A stretch of 64,000 nt of DNA, from contig NC_057718.1 of assembly GCF_004010195.1 (NCBI RefSeq), forward strand, positions 59,693,622 through 59,757,621. Reading direction: 5' to 3'. The DNA comes from Chiloscyllium plagiosum. Taxonomy: Eukaryota. Position numbers and translations under genes: made by a program. Within the stretch, counting starts at the first letter, position 1. Each line of letters begins with the position of its first letter. Below are positions 48,271-61,599 of this stretch, piece by piece. Under the pieces are notes generated by a model, which was given only the letters and a program-made list of their open reading frames with translations, had not been told where the DNA came from and did not search any database.

Positions 48271-50609
48271 TTTCTTACATTCAGTGTGAGAAGCAGACCC
48301 GAGATGTTTATTTACAGAGATGAAAGATAGGAGAATGAGCCAAGCTTTGTCAGGATTACCCACCTGCTGGTTGCAGTCCACAAGATGCAGGCCAATTAGA
48401 TCTGCGAGGTTAATAATCAGCAGGATGTACTATTATTAAAATGGGCTGCACCTTTTGCACTAAACGCCAAGTAAAAGAGACTTAGAGTTAGAGTCAGTGG
48501 TTGAGATCCTTGCCTTCAACCACCAGTCTAATGACACAATGCAGGCCGTCTGTCAGTGAGTGTCTGAAGGCAAACACGACTGATAGAGCTGTAAGGAAAT
48601 AAAGAAAACCTTGACAAGCATTTGAAGTTCACAAGCTGATTTGTGCCAGCTGCTCTCTAGCAGGTAGGACTAGTGCCAAGGCAGACACTGCCAGAGCAAC
48701 ACATGCCTGCTGGCATTGTCAACTTGTTAGTTTTTAATAGAGTTGTATTTTATACTGGAATAATTTAATTCTGATTCCCGAGTATTAATATGTTCTAATT
48801 ACCAGTTACCATAACTTGACCCGACACTGTAACTGTTTTAAATAAAAGATGATAGAAATATTCTCCAAGATGTTTACAGGCATATATATGAAAACCCAAA
48901 ATATTTTTATATACCCAACCCTTTAATCTGATATTACTCCACACTGCCTTGGCACTGAATTTTATTGCTTAAAGAAGATATTCCTTGTGACATTTTATCA
49001 TGTAATTTGCAAGTTTGGATTATTCATTTGCACCAACTGTCTTCTCCTTCTGATGCAGAATCGCATTTTTAAAGTTCTATTCTGTGTGAATTTGGAACTG
49101 GCACAGTGAGTATTCCTCAGCTTACTTCCATAATAACGATGGCACTGAGACTTTAATGTTTTTTTTTCTTTAGCTTTTGCATCATTCCTTTCATAAGTAC
49201 CAACTTATTTAAACTTGTCCTAGAGTGCAACTTTTCAAGAAAATGTCATTGTTTTAAAGTTATTTTTAATTGTGATGAGTAAATCCTATTTAAATAAAGG
49301 TTTCTGTATCATTTGAAATGAAACAAATAAACAGAAAAATAATATCTTTAATTCCTCAATGGAACAAAACGTTGACCATGCAAAACAGAGAAAGCAACAG
49401 CTTGTGTCACTGAACCAATGTGATGTAATAAGCTGTGCTACAGAGATACAACACTTTGCAACACAGCAGATAAGAGATTAGTGTAATAATTAACACATAT
49501 TTTCTGTGCATAATTATTGTTATGAGAACGCTTCGGTCTTTCTCCTTTTGGCAACATGGGCAGAATCCTACCAGAATTGGCTAATTTGCCAAATTTGCCA
49601 AGTTTTGGAAGATTTCCTTCCAAAAGCCCTAGTGAATTTTCTCATGTTATCTTTTCAAATTTGCCTCATTACCTATGCATCACACCTCTATTGTGGCCAG
49701 ACCATCATATTCTTCCGCTTGTCACAGGCAGAAGTATTAGTCACTAATGGGAGATGCTGGGATTTCTGGTGCTAGTGCCACCTTTGAAGTCGAGCCTTGT
49801 ACTTGGTCAAGAGCTGACTGTCTATTGCTGCACTGTCCAGTTTCTTTCAGAGTGAAATAGGCAACCCACTATGGTGACAGGGACCTTGAGGTCCTGTGGA
49901 GAGCAGGCTGTGTGTACGGTCACTGCCCATGGAGAATACCCTGAGATGGTAATTGTTGGAAATCTGAAAGAAAATATAAGTGAGCTGGAGTTGTCAGTTT
50001 ACAGCTCTGAATTGTATTCATCAAGCTTCGATCCTGCAGCTGGAAGAATGGGAATCTGCACACCAATCAAACCACATTTCACAATAATGAAAATATTAAT
50101 GCATGAAGCTAGGTGTCTCACCATGCACTAGCAAGAATCTCAATGAACAACAGGTCTTGAAGATGGGAAATCTTTTGCAGTTTGAAATCCCAAAGCAACT
50201 GGCTATCTCACATGATTCTCCCAACTTTATCCCTAATGCCCACATCATTGTGGGATGATTCCATACAATGTTTCAGGCAGATGGTTGCCTGGCAATGATA
50301 GAGAAAAACTTGCATTTTAATAACTTTGAGCACATCTTTTAAGACAACTCAAAATGTAATATTTCATTTATTATGTTGAGTAAATTGGCAGTTGTTTCAT
50401 TCTGGTGGCACTCTGGTTTGCATGCACAGTGACTTGAATATTCCCATTCTGCCTGAGGTCACCATGAGGGTACTACCTTCTCAAACTGTCCCCTCACCTG
50501 AGGCACAGTGATCTTCAGGTTAAACCACCATCAATTATCGCTGTCCAATGAGAGAACAGGCTTATGGTGACTTTAGTTTTTTATTAACTAAATTCATTTG
50601 AGTTTTGAA

Positions 50610-51105
50610 CTAGAAAATTGGCAATCATCTTGTATTCAACAAGGTCTCACATACAACAATGTGATTAATAACCAGAGGCTTTTCTTGTGTATTGTTGGCC
50701 AACAGAAGAATATTGACCAGAGTGTAGTGATTATAATGAGAACAGCCAGCTGGATGTCAAGAATATGAGTTCTCTGATTTGGGCTGTTGATCTGGTTCAA
50801 TCAATGAGCCCTGGCTGCCTTATGAAAAGGGAGAGTGTCAGAGATACTGACACTGACTCTGAATGAGACAGCACTATAGTCAAGGACTGTTCATGTGTAT
50901 CTAAAGGGTGACTTGGTGACTGGATACCAGCCTCTGTTAATTATTTCACATGGTTCTGGGAGAAGTCACAGTTTGTTTTTCACTATTGCCATGATATTTA
51001 ATGGGAGAGAAAATGAAAGTCGATTTGGAACATGAATGAAATGGCTCAGTTGAAAATTGGCCATCATATTAATGCAGCACTTTCTTAATATTCACAGAAG
51101 TGTCC
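50610..51105 (-). mobile_element. Decayed Deu-type SINE split by the solo LTR at 50723-50950
   Basis: Both flanks align in order with 51885-52150. Confidence 0.5.
50723..50950 (+). mobile_element. Short solo LTR
   Basis: TGTAGTGAT...TATTTCACA with TG..CA ends. Homolog of 19880-20115. Confidence 0.7.
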
Positions 51106-51829
51106 TATTATAACTCCAAAGAGGAATGATGAATTGAGAAAATAACATAACAAGAGATCATCTTGCTGCAAAACAATTTCTTCAGTGCTCGCCTAAGTGG
51201 CAAGTGAATTTTCATTGACAATATTACATAATTCACAGTCACATATTAAAGCAATTAAAACATTTTTAATTTAGTATTTCCACTATTAGGGCATCATATT
51301 GCAAGATTAACAAACAAAAGCAGTGATCAGACTGCGTTGAGGAAGGAGGAGGTGTAGCAAAAACCTTATACCTTAGACTGATGAAGTTCTCTAACTCTTT
51401 AAAATACACACAGCATTTTACAACAAAATACTAACTGTACTTTGGGAATATTGAGTCAGATCTTCCCATCGACCTAGAGGTGAACTTTGGGATGCTCACT
51501 GCTGTTGAGCATCAAGATGTCGAAAGAGTCCTGACATGTGCAGTTTAAATTTCTGATGGGCAGCTGTACGCTGCAATGACCCCTGTCTGGATCCTTCTGA
51601 TACTGATTCCACTATTGCTGATTAGGGAATGATGCCCTGAACTTGCCTCAGAAAATTGCTGCAGGTTTTTCACATTGTTAACCAAAGGTTTAAGACCTGG
51701 ACTGAAAATGATTATAGGCAGAAACTGTACTGCGAAGGCCTCAAATGTAAATTTAAAAAAACTTGAACAATAAACACCTCATTAGCCCCTTTGGTATTTA
51801 TGTGAATGTCTGTGTTCCTCAGCAGGGAC

Positions 51830-52250
51830 AGGACGCTCTTAAAACAGTTTTCACAAGTATGTAATATAGTCAGTCTTGTATCATAGGAAGTGTGACAACT
51901 AATTTGCATTCAGCAAATTCATACAAACTGCAACTTGATAATGACCAGATTTCTTTTTTGTGTGTGCGATGTTGATTAAGGGATAAATATTGATCAGCTA
52001 ACCAGGAAGAACTCTCCTGCTTTTTCTTGGAAATAATGCTCACAATCTTTTATAATCCAGCCAAACAGGCAGATGGGCCTCAGTTAAAGCTCCATGTGAG
52101 AAAACAGCACCTCTGAGAGTACAGTTCTCACTCAGTACTGAATTGGAGGGTCATCCTTGATTGTTGCATTTGAGCCCTGCAGTGGGATTTAAACCCTGAA
52201 CCTTATAACTCACAGGCAACTGCACTCCAAATGAACCACAGCTGAGACCT
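51830..52250 (-). mobile_element. Deu-domain SINE (SacSINE1/AmnSINE-like)
   Basis: Minus-strand tRNA-like head (GGGTTTAAATCCCACT) and a Deu-like core (CAGTACTGAGTGAG..CTG..CT..CAGAGGTGCTGT.TT, GAGGCCC.TCTGCC). Recognised from memory of the family. Confidence 0.65.
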
Positions 52251-55200
52251 AAGGTAAGGGTGCAACTTTAATCACAGTCAGCAGCAAGCACCCTGGCATT
52301 GCCACTGACTGCACGATTTGGGCCATTGTGCTGAAAATTATTAATTGGACTTCAGGGACTATCAGGAACTGCATAACTCTGGAGTGTTCAGAAGTAATTT
52401 TTAATTTCCCACTGAATGGCAAAATAGCATTGTGTGGGTTTAGTGTCCATTACAGAAGGTGTTCATTTTTCTTTGTCTTGGAATAATTCCAGCTGGTGCA
52501 CTGAAGCATATCTTTCTCACATCTGAATTCCAGCCACTATTTGATAAATGCTGATAAATCCCATCAGCCATTTTCATCATCTGTTATAGCTCTACACAAG
52601 GTCTATGTGGTTTATGTACCTGGGCATCCAAATCACTTTCTTCTTCAATAATTTCTAATCACTTAGCGTTGATAAGTTAACATTCTTACACTAGGCCATT
52701 AGGCCTTCGAGCATTAAGATCCTGCTTGATCTGGTTGTGGCCTTGACTCAATTTTTTCTGCCTACCAGCACATCCTCTAAAACGCCACTGGATAAACCAT
52801 GACTCTCTTATTAATCAAAAACTTGTCTAACCCAGCCAGAGAAAACCCAGTGTGATAGATGTACTTGAACAGTTCAGGGGCATGACCAAATCTGGACCAC
52901 AAGTGTTTCGTATTATAGCCAGGATATTGTCACGGCCTTTAGTATGTCCTATGTTTTCAACTGTTTCTTAATTTTATATTTCATGAACAAAAATATCCCA
53001 GGTCTTGCATCAATGATAGTGAGGACAACAGGAGGTAAATAATTAAAATAAAATGTTCGTAGTAACTACGGTTTTACCCCTGCTGTCCAGGGAAAACTTT
53101 AAAATTGTTTATGAAGTATGCAGCCTCATTATAATACTCAAATTGCCAATCTGATCCCTTCAAGAGGATTTGCTGCCCAGTCCCATCCTGCCCCCATTAA
53201 AATTGAAAGCAGTTGGGAATCAGTTTTTTAACACTAACACTAATCACCTAAGCTCCCACTTTTGAGAGATTACAATTCTCAGCAATATCTCAGGCGGATA
53301 GTTGCTCTGTGGCTGTAACTGAAATATTTTTTTAAAAGTTTATTTTGTTAACTGTAATGGCGAGTTCAGGAATTAACTGTAAATAATAAAACCTGTTGTA
53401 ATATACAATTTTCAAAGCGAGTCTGTATTGATTAACTAGTTTGATGTGCATCGAGTATATTATGCAGATAAGCACGAAATAAATTTTGGGTGAGATTTCT
53501 CATTTTACTGTAATTAGGAATACAAATAGTTAATTCCAAACTAATCAATCCAACTTTAGTTTAGATATTACTAACAATTCATAAAATGTTTTACATATTT
53601 CTGTCATTTATCCATAAATTGAAACATATTTATCCAGGAGCCTTGTTATTCCATCACTATCTACATTTGGCAATAAATCTGATTTTGTTTTCACGACTGT
53701 GATATATACAGAAGAGGAATGATTGTGATGTTTGGTGAATGGCCCAGTAATTAAAGCAGTATCAAGTTTTTGTGTTTTACTTGCCTATAATCATACTTAG
53801 AAAATCAATTCAAGTGTCTGCGTTGAGAGAACTTTCTGTTATGAGAAAAAAATTACAGCTCAATGCCTTGCTATTATTCATAGGCTCTCAAATTGGATTA
53901 AGTTGTATTAGTTAATCTTCAAAATATGGATATTTCTAAATAATTTTTTTTGTACTCATCAGTTGACCATTATCTTTTACTTTATTTTTGTCTCTATAAG
54001 TACTCCCTTGACAGAAATTGGACAAGATTAAAACGCTTCTGCTCTGCTCTAACAATTCAGTCGAACTCTGGGGACTGGCACACCAACTTCACCAAGAGAG
54101 ATTTCCAGATTAATTAAATTAGTACAGCATCATGGCCAGTGTTTTGATGTTAGATTCAAATGGACTCGAAACTAAATAGTAACCATCTGCACTAATTTCA
54201 TTTGGGCAGCAGAATGATATCGTCAACCTACCAGTCTGTCTTGAATTCCAGTCCAGGTTTTAGAGGTGAAAGGACAGTTTTATGACAGTCTTCCATCCTG
54301 AATCAAATTATTTAATTTTTAAACACTTTCAAAGATTGGGTCCTCAAAACATTTCAAGTTATTGTGAGTATAAGGATAATTTGAGTGTCATTGATATTGG
54401 AAAGAATTACCCATCTGAAACCATCTAAAGTTTACATATACAGTAGTTGTTTCCATGTAGTGAACAGTCTGACAAGAGTTGAGTTGAATTATCCAACTCT
54501 CAACCTTAAACCTACTGAGATTTATCCAATAAAGTTACAGGAAAAATACTAAGAGAGGATGCAAACATTTACAAAGATATAGTCACTGAACTGATAATAG
54601 GACATGTAAGTCTAACTTATTGTAATAGCCAACATTATACAAACGACTTGATATTCCCTCCCATTGACTTCAATGCAAAAAAAAATCAGTCATTAGATTC
54701 ACTGATGGCTAATTCAATGTCACCCATTTCACACTAATTACCCAAAAGTAAATTTACCCCCTTATTCTTTTAAAATATTCTGCTTAACAGGTAATACTTT
54801 GGTTGCGTCAATACAAAAACATGGTGACCAAATCAGATTGAGCTGTTTCGAAGCTATGTTTTATTTTTTCTAACTTTATCTATATGGCGTGAGATGATAC
54901 TGATTCTGTAATATATATGGAGATGCACAAAGGAATATAGACTTGATTTTCTGTGGCTTTGCTTCCTGCTTTGGAGTAGTGCATTATTGGTCTTTGGGGC
55001 TTTCCTACTGTTACAGATAAACCGGAAAGTCATAATGTAGAGAATTATTGTTACAAGCTCACAGGAGAACAGTCTGACTTATTCTGTGTCTTTATTGAAT
55101 TGGTTGTAAGATAGATGCCTGTGTAATCCCTCATAGTAAAGGATATACAACAACAGCAAATCAGGGGGTACATTTATATAATATTGCAATTTTATCCCAA

Positions 55201-55969
55201 ACATTTAACTTTCCATATATAAAAAAAACTTTCCATTCCAAAACAAAACAAAAAAAGGCATGCAATATGATTTATTGTTGTGATTTTCACAAGTTATTCA
55301 ATATGCACACACTGTTCTCATGCATTATTGGTTCTTTATTCTCATCACACTCTGTGCATGCATTGCACACAGATATCTGAGACTGACCAAATTTTGGAAA
55401 ACCATCATTTCATTCAAGCTTCATGACGGTTTCTGTCGATGACGACTAATGCGTTTTCTCATGGTTTTGTTTCAAACTTGCTTCATTAACTACCTACGAC
55501 GCCACAATGGAGCCCCGCTCGTCCAATGGAAACTTGATTCTCTCACTTACCATAGGTGGGATACCTTGGGACCTCCAGTAATGACACCATTTTCAAAAAA
55601 CTTAAAAACTGATTAAGCACTGTCAGTGTGTTGTTGCCCTGCATGTTACATGATATATGTCCTGGACATGACAGATCAGGGGAAAATGGCACCCTGCTTT
55701 TCAGACAGAAACCTGGAGGTTGTGTGGTTGAAGTATTGGAAAGTAGATTTGTCCTCTTTCTACAGGAGCAGTGGAGGAGGTCATGGCACTAAACCTTGTC
55801 TGCCTGAGGATGGCATCATCGGTCAGTGTGACCTCAGTCATCTGATAATACCATGAGGGTGTGATGAGGATGGTACATGTCGAATGCCAGCACCTGTGGA
55901 TGTAAGGTGTATGTGGCTGCTGTCATGGAGAGTGACCTGAGATATTGGTTCCAGATGATATGCTCGCAC

Positions 55970-56582
55970 GTACACTCCCACACTCATACGCACCCTCTTA
56001 CAGACTTGTACCTCTTTACACTCACACTCACACACATACACATACTCTCTCACAGACACTCATAATCCCCCCCACACACACACATGCACATACACACATA
56101 TAAGTTTGTGGAGTGAAGTTGTACTTGCAGAATTACAGTTTGTTTTGCTCAAAAATTGCATAAACTGCAAAAAGCCATGTAAGATTCTGTAAATCCGTTT
56201 TTTGGATTAGAATCAGTTTGAACATTGTGGCACAGACAGTCTCGCACGGGGCACCTCACACCTTCAATGCATTATCTGGGCTGACATGACACCAATTGTT
56301 AAAGTTCACTTGAGAATGTAACTTTTAAAAAGTTCTGCGATTTACATATGAAAGAACTGAAACCAACATGGTCATTCTAAAAGATGAGGGATTTGACAAA
56401 CAATCCAGGTCTTTTTCAATATATAATTTCAGTTACATCACACTGTAAACATTTGCTATAACTTTTGTGTCTTATGATCTTATACTCCACAACCACCTGA
56501 TGAAGGAGCAGTGCTCCGAATGCTAGTGCTTCCAAATAAATCTGTTGGACTGTAACCTGGTGCTTTGTGACTTTTAACTTTG
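55970..56582 (+). mobile_element. PLE 3' region, single arm, CA-rich
   Basis: Homologous to 11222-11592 and 43877-44300. Confidence 0.85.
56494..56528 (+). ncRNA. Minimal hammerhead motif with A15.1 mutated
   Basis: CAC-CTGATGA-a-GGAG-cagtg-CTCC-GAAt-GC-TA-GTG. Confidence 0.65.
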
Positions 56583-56749
56583 TTTCCTTTTTGGTATGTA
56601 TATTGTCAATGACAATTCAAATGAAATGATGTTTCTTCTCCCTGGAATGTCAATCCCATATCACCTGCTGTCATTTATCTGTTTCTGATGTTGGGGTGCA
56701 CTGAGCCCCTGGGACTGATGGTTAATCTGTGGTCTGTACAGATAGTAGG

Positions 56750-57800
56750 TTCACATTTCCTGATCGGCCACATTCAGTTGGGAAACAGCTTCTCCAGTTG
56801 CATTTATGTGCCTGTGGTTGCAGTAGTATATCTTGTCGTTCATTTTCACACTTCAGTGACAACTGCTTCACATAGGTCCTATGTTGCCAATTGGCTGAAC
56901 ACTTACTGGGCCAATTGATGGGTTGTTCCCTCACTGGCTTTCTGATGCTTAACTCTGGCACTGGTTAGCCATCTTGTCAAAAAGGAGTTTTGGCTTTCTG
57001 CTGTTTCAACTTGATTTTGTCACTCATCCCTGTAACTACCCTTGATTTAGGAGCAATGTTTCTATTGGAAGATAGTTTGGATGCAGTGTGACATCAGTCT
57101 TTGGACTCATTTTATATGCCTACAACTGGTATGTTTCTCCATTTGAGGATTGCTTTGTTTGCTCCCATATTAGATTGGATCAAATTGTTTATTATTCGTT
57201 GGTGCTTATCATCGCTGCCTTTTCATTTGACTGTAGATAGTACTTCTACATTATCTATATTTTATGATCTATCTTTCACAAATTGGCTATAATCTTTCAG
57301 GTATTCTGCAACCACAGTGGTAATCATTGAAGTCAATTGGTCCACCTTCCAGTTAACAGAATAGTAGCTTACAGTGGCAAGTAATCACTTCCTGCAAGAG
57401 TGAGGAGGTCTATATTTACAGCTTTACCCTGGTTTATCGGAAATCTCATCTGTCACCAATGGCTCTCTTGCTTGCTTAGCTTGGTAATCATTGTAAGCTC
57501 TGCATGGGCTGATATGATTTCATTACTCTTGTTTGGCCAGTAGAGCACTTCTCTTGCCTTCCTCAGACTCGACTCATTGACTCCTAGGGACTCAATATCT
57601 TAGGGATAATGACTATTTCTGTGCAAAATATGCCATCTTGAGTTGTCAATTCATCCCTGTTTGCCCAATATGCTCTTGTGATGACAGGAATATCTATGAG
57701 GTGATTCCTTCAGCAGAAATTCTTATAGCAGTTGAGCAGTTGCTCCTTTTTTGGACGGTTTTCTTGATTTGAGCAAGGCACTAGACTATTAGGTACAATA
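56750..57800 (-). pseudogene. Gypsy integrase remnant
   Basis: Minus strand: RAYWANRDELTTQDG, LRKAREVLYWP, QAKQAREPLV, IDLLTLAGSDYLATVSYYS, KAILKWRNIP. Frameshifted. Confidence 0.8.
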
Positions 57801-57869
57801 GGAGAAATTTCCACTGGTTCGAGCAATGTGAGCAAGGGTGTGAAATGTGTTAAAACTGCAAAAGAAAAT

Positions 57870-60280
57870 CTTGAGATAAATCAAAACATTTTCAATAAAA
57901 AGTTCAGGAACTTGCTAATGGGGAGCGACTATTTTAATTGCATGCACTTGCTAGCCCAACTCACCTCATCTCTCTGCAACTAATGGATACAATCATCAGA
58001 ATGAGGAACAGGAGTGGACCATTCAGTTCCTCGTGATTGCTTTGCCATCCAGTAAGATAATAGCTGTTCTAACTGCAGCCACAAACCTGTATTTCTGCCT
58101 ACCCCAATTTTCAATTCTCTTCTCCTTCCACAACAAACTGGATGGCACTAATTCTCTTCAACCAACTCTACCTTCACCACATCCCTGCATGTTTCTGCAA
58201 TAGGGTTAGGGTTGACCCTTCTCAACCCTTCATGCAAGCAAGTTGGTAACCGAAATTATGCGCACACCACAACATCATGCCTGCTTTCAGAACAATTTAC
58301 ACACTACTTCAGTCCTTTAGGACTTCATTTTGGAGCTCTGAAGTATTTACGACATGCACACTTCTGCCAGTTTGCTTTCCATGCAGGGATACACACACAT
58401 CTCATGCATCTACACAAGATGTGTCTCTTAGCTTCATTTTTCAGTCCTCATTCCATTTATGTTTACTTGCAGGCAGTCAGCCTCTGTTGCTTGCATTGCT
58501 TTTTAACGTAGGTGTATTGTGGGAGAAAATACAGGCCCCGGCCTCCCCGTGACATGGCCATAAAACAGTCAACACAAAATGTCTCCACTTAGCCACTAAG
58601 CCTACCCACAATGCCACAATTTGGCCAAACCAGCCACCCCAGACATCACACATACCTCAGGACATGTCTCATCCAGCTCCATACCAAGAGAATATACTTC
58701 AGATTAACTGATAATTAGCTTTGTGCTCCACAATAGCCCAGTGCCTCTGACATCCTTAGGGCACAGCTGCTCCCACTAGGAGTCAAGCCTTCACAAAGGG
58801 TACCCAGACAAGGACGCACCAAAGGTACCTCACTTGCCCCCTCAACAATACAAACACATTGATACCAGGATGAAGCCCACTAACACCTACTCCAGCCAAG
58901 GATCGGAATCTCCTGAGTCAATTAAGAAACTCATTATCAGACACTGGACACTTGAATCTTTTCAATGAATATACTTTATTTCTCTTTGTTGTACAATTCA
59001 CACCATTTTCTCATCCCGCACACTTCACTGTTGTAAGAGTATAAAACTCCTCTGTATTCTCCGTTCGGGGAAGAAGCAGTGGTTCCTTCTGAACAGTGAC
59101 TGTTTCAGTGGGGTCAAGTCTCTTCCGCGATTTTGCTGTTTGTTAAATAGATCCTTGTCAGTTCTCAATCTGATCTATGTGTTTGTGATCTCTGATTAAT
59201 TGGGCTAAATTCTCCGACTAATTGGGCTAAATTCTCTGACATGTATAAACAGTGGCTTTTCATAGTCTGAAGGACTGAACAGTCAAGGGGTTGGACAAGT
59301 TTTTGGATTCAATGTTACACGTACAGTGTTCTGGCAGCTTACATTACAAACAGGCTGCATATATTTTAATCAAATGGCCATGTGTGAAAACCAAAGGGGA
59401 GCAGTGCAGTCATGGTGGACTTCTGTCAGTAAGAGGGTTCTATCTTGATCTGTCCTGCATTCATGTGCAGGGATTGCAGGTATAGCAGTCGCAGTGCTAT
59501 GCAGACATTAGGCAGGAATTTTCCTGCAACGACCCAAAGTGAGTGACTGAATATCTCAGTGGATCAAAGAGCATCTACTGGTGAAACAGGAGGGGAGAAG
59601 ATGTTAAGATGTCCTCAGTGATTGAGTAAAAGGGTCAGTAGTTTGGGAGGATGAGGTAGGTGAACAGCACTGAGTGGACAAGATGAATTCAATCATGAGA
59701 GTCGTAGTCTATGAGCCTTGTTGAGAGGTGTGTGCAGTGATAGAGTTGAAGTGAGTGGTGGATTCATGAGAGTGAGGCAGCAGGAAAAAGATGATGGCAC
59801 TTAGCCTTGTGGAGGACAGATAATCATGAACCTTTTCCCTTCACTTCTATAGGATACTGCACTGACCCAGGAAGTTATTTTGGCCAATGCTAACTCAGAC
59901 TAGAGTATCAGTTCGCAGGATAAAACATTACCCTCCTTTCCACTGCACAGCCAGCAGCATCTCCAGGCTCCTGTTGTTGAACAGCTAAGCTTACTACCCT
60001 TCCCAGGTCATTTTGTTTTGGGGTAGTGGTTTCAGACCAGTGTGTGAGGATCAGTTCTGAGTTTGCAGCATCTGAAGATGATGCGCAGCTACATTTAGAG
60101 ACGTGCTGGTGATGTGAAAATCACCATGTCCTGAGACTTCTGCCTCTCCCATCACACAATTCCACAAGAAAGGTTTAGAAGAGGCTAGTTGCATCATTAA
60201 TAAGATGACGAGCGGACAATTACATGAGAAACATTGCCAAGGGATATTGTGCCCCAGTTGCCATGATTATGGCTCTAAAA
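57870..60280. mobile_element. Old Harbinger-like remnant, hosting a CR1 3' fragment (~58000-58105) and a solo LTR
   Basis: Minus strand near 59810-59890 reads AKITSWVSAVS..R...KRF, weakly resembling Myb/SANT-like sequence. Confidence 0.3.
58518..59241 (+). mobile_element. 724-bp solo LTR (ERV-like or other LTR element)
   Basis: TGTGGGAGAA...TTCTCTGACA imperfect terminal inverted repeats. Perfect 5-bp TSD TGTAT (58513-58517, 59242-59246). TATAAAA at 59040-59046. Confidence 0.85.
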
Positions 60281-61599
60281 GAGCAAGTGAACAATCCAGG
60301 GATACAGACTGGCCCAGTCTATTAGCTGGGTGTGTATCTCTGAATGCAAAGCATCCTTTTGGCAGAATTCTAATGTTAGTAGCTATTGCACCCAATGTGC
60401 AGCATTGAAGTGCAGAAATATACTGTAAGTGGATCAGAGATGTGCCGTGAGGGACCTTAGAGACTGACAGATGGTAATGTTCCTGGATATAGAGTGTGAA
60501 AGGGCAGGGTTAGTGTGTATATTCACTTTGACCTATTAAAAAATACAGACTGAGACGTTGAGAAGCTACACTGGTGTTTACTCATGCATATGCAAGGAAG
60601 ATACTTACTTCCCATGGGGCAAATGGATCTTGCTCGAGCTGTTACAGAACTGTTATACTACTGTTACATGGGTGTTAGATTATTTGAATATGCCAATCAC
60701 CAATAATACATGAGATTCCATTCATCCAATCATGGACAAATTCTATATATGATATTTGAATAGTAAATTAACACCAGAGCAAGCACAGAAAAGAGGGGAG
60801 ATCAACTGCTATATCTTTAAACTTGTTTTCATGGGACACCTAATCTTTCTCATTGGAACATCCTATCTGTTTAATTCTTCAGTACAATGGTTTTATGTCT
60901 TAGGGTGGCACATCTGGCTGGCTTCTCAAGGGAAAAGAGCCATTTGCTGTGGGCCCAGCATTGTTCACACAGCAGTGTTGTCGCCTCACTACCCTGTGTG
61001 ATTTTCTGCACCTCTGGGACAGGACACTCTGTTTTAACCCTTTCTCTTTTGTCTGTGCCCTGTTTGTTCTAACATGCTTAACTCCAAGTAACCTGAATAT
61101 GCTGGATTGATTCAGTGATTTTTCCTAAGTTACATTGCTTGTTCCAAATGCTATCTGACCCAAAATTTATTAAACTTTCATTTTACCTGAATATTTTTTC
61201 CCTTTCTGGGTGCATGTGGTTGGTGTCTATGGAGCATGCTCTGAGATGCTGTTATGTAGGGATCAACATGGATCTTCTTCACAGCCAGTGGTGAACTGAA
61301 GTTGCCAGGTACCTGCTCTGGCTACCAAGCTTCTAGTTTACTCATGGCCAGTGGTAAGACAGGAAGCTGCATATTAATGAGATGAAATTTGCAATAAATA
61401 ATGCCATTAACGTGCAAAAACCTTCTGAGCAGACGACTTGCTGCTCTGTAGTGAGATTTTGCCTTGAAGCCTGGAGCAACATTAAAAGATGTAACGTGTT
61501 GCTCCCATAAACTACAGATATGGTCAAAATAGACATCAGCAGACCTCTTTCATGACTTTTTCACTTTTCTCACCATAGCCAATATCGCTCAGGCTGCAA

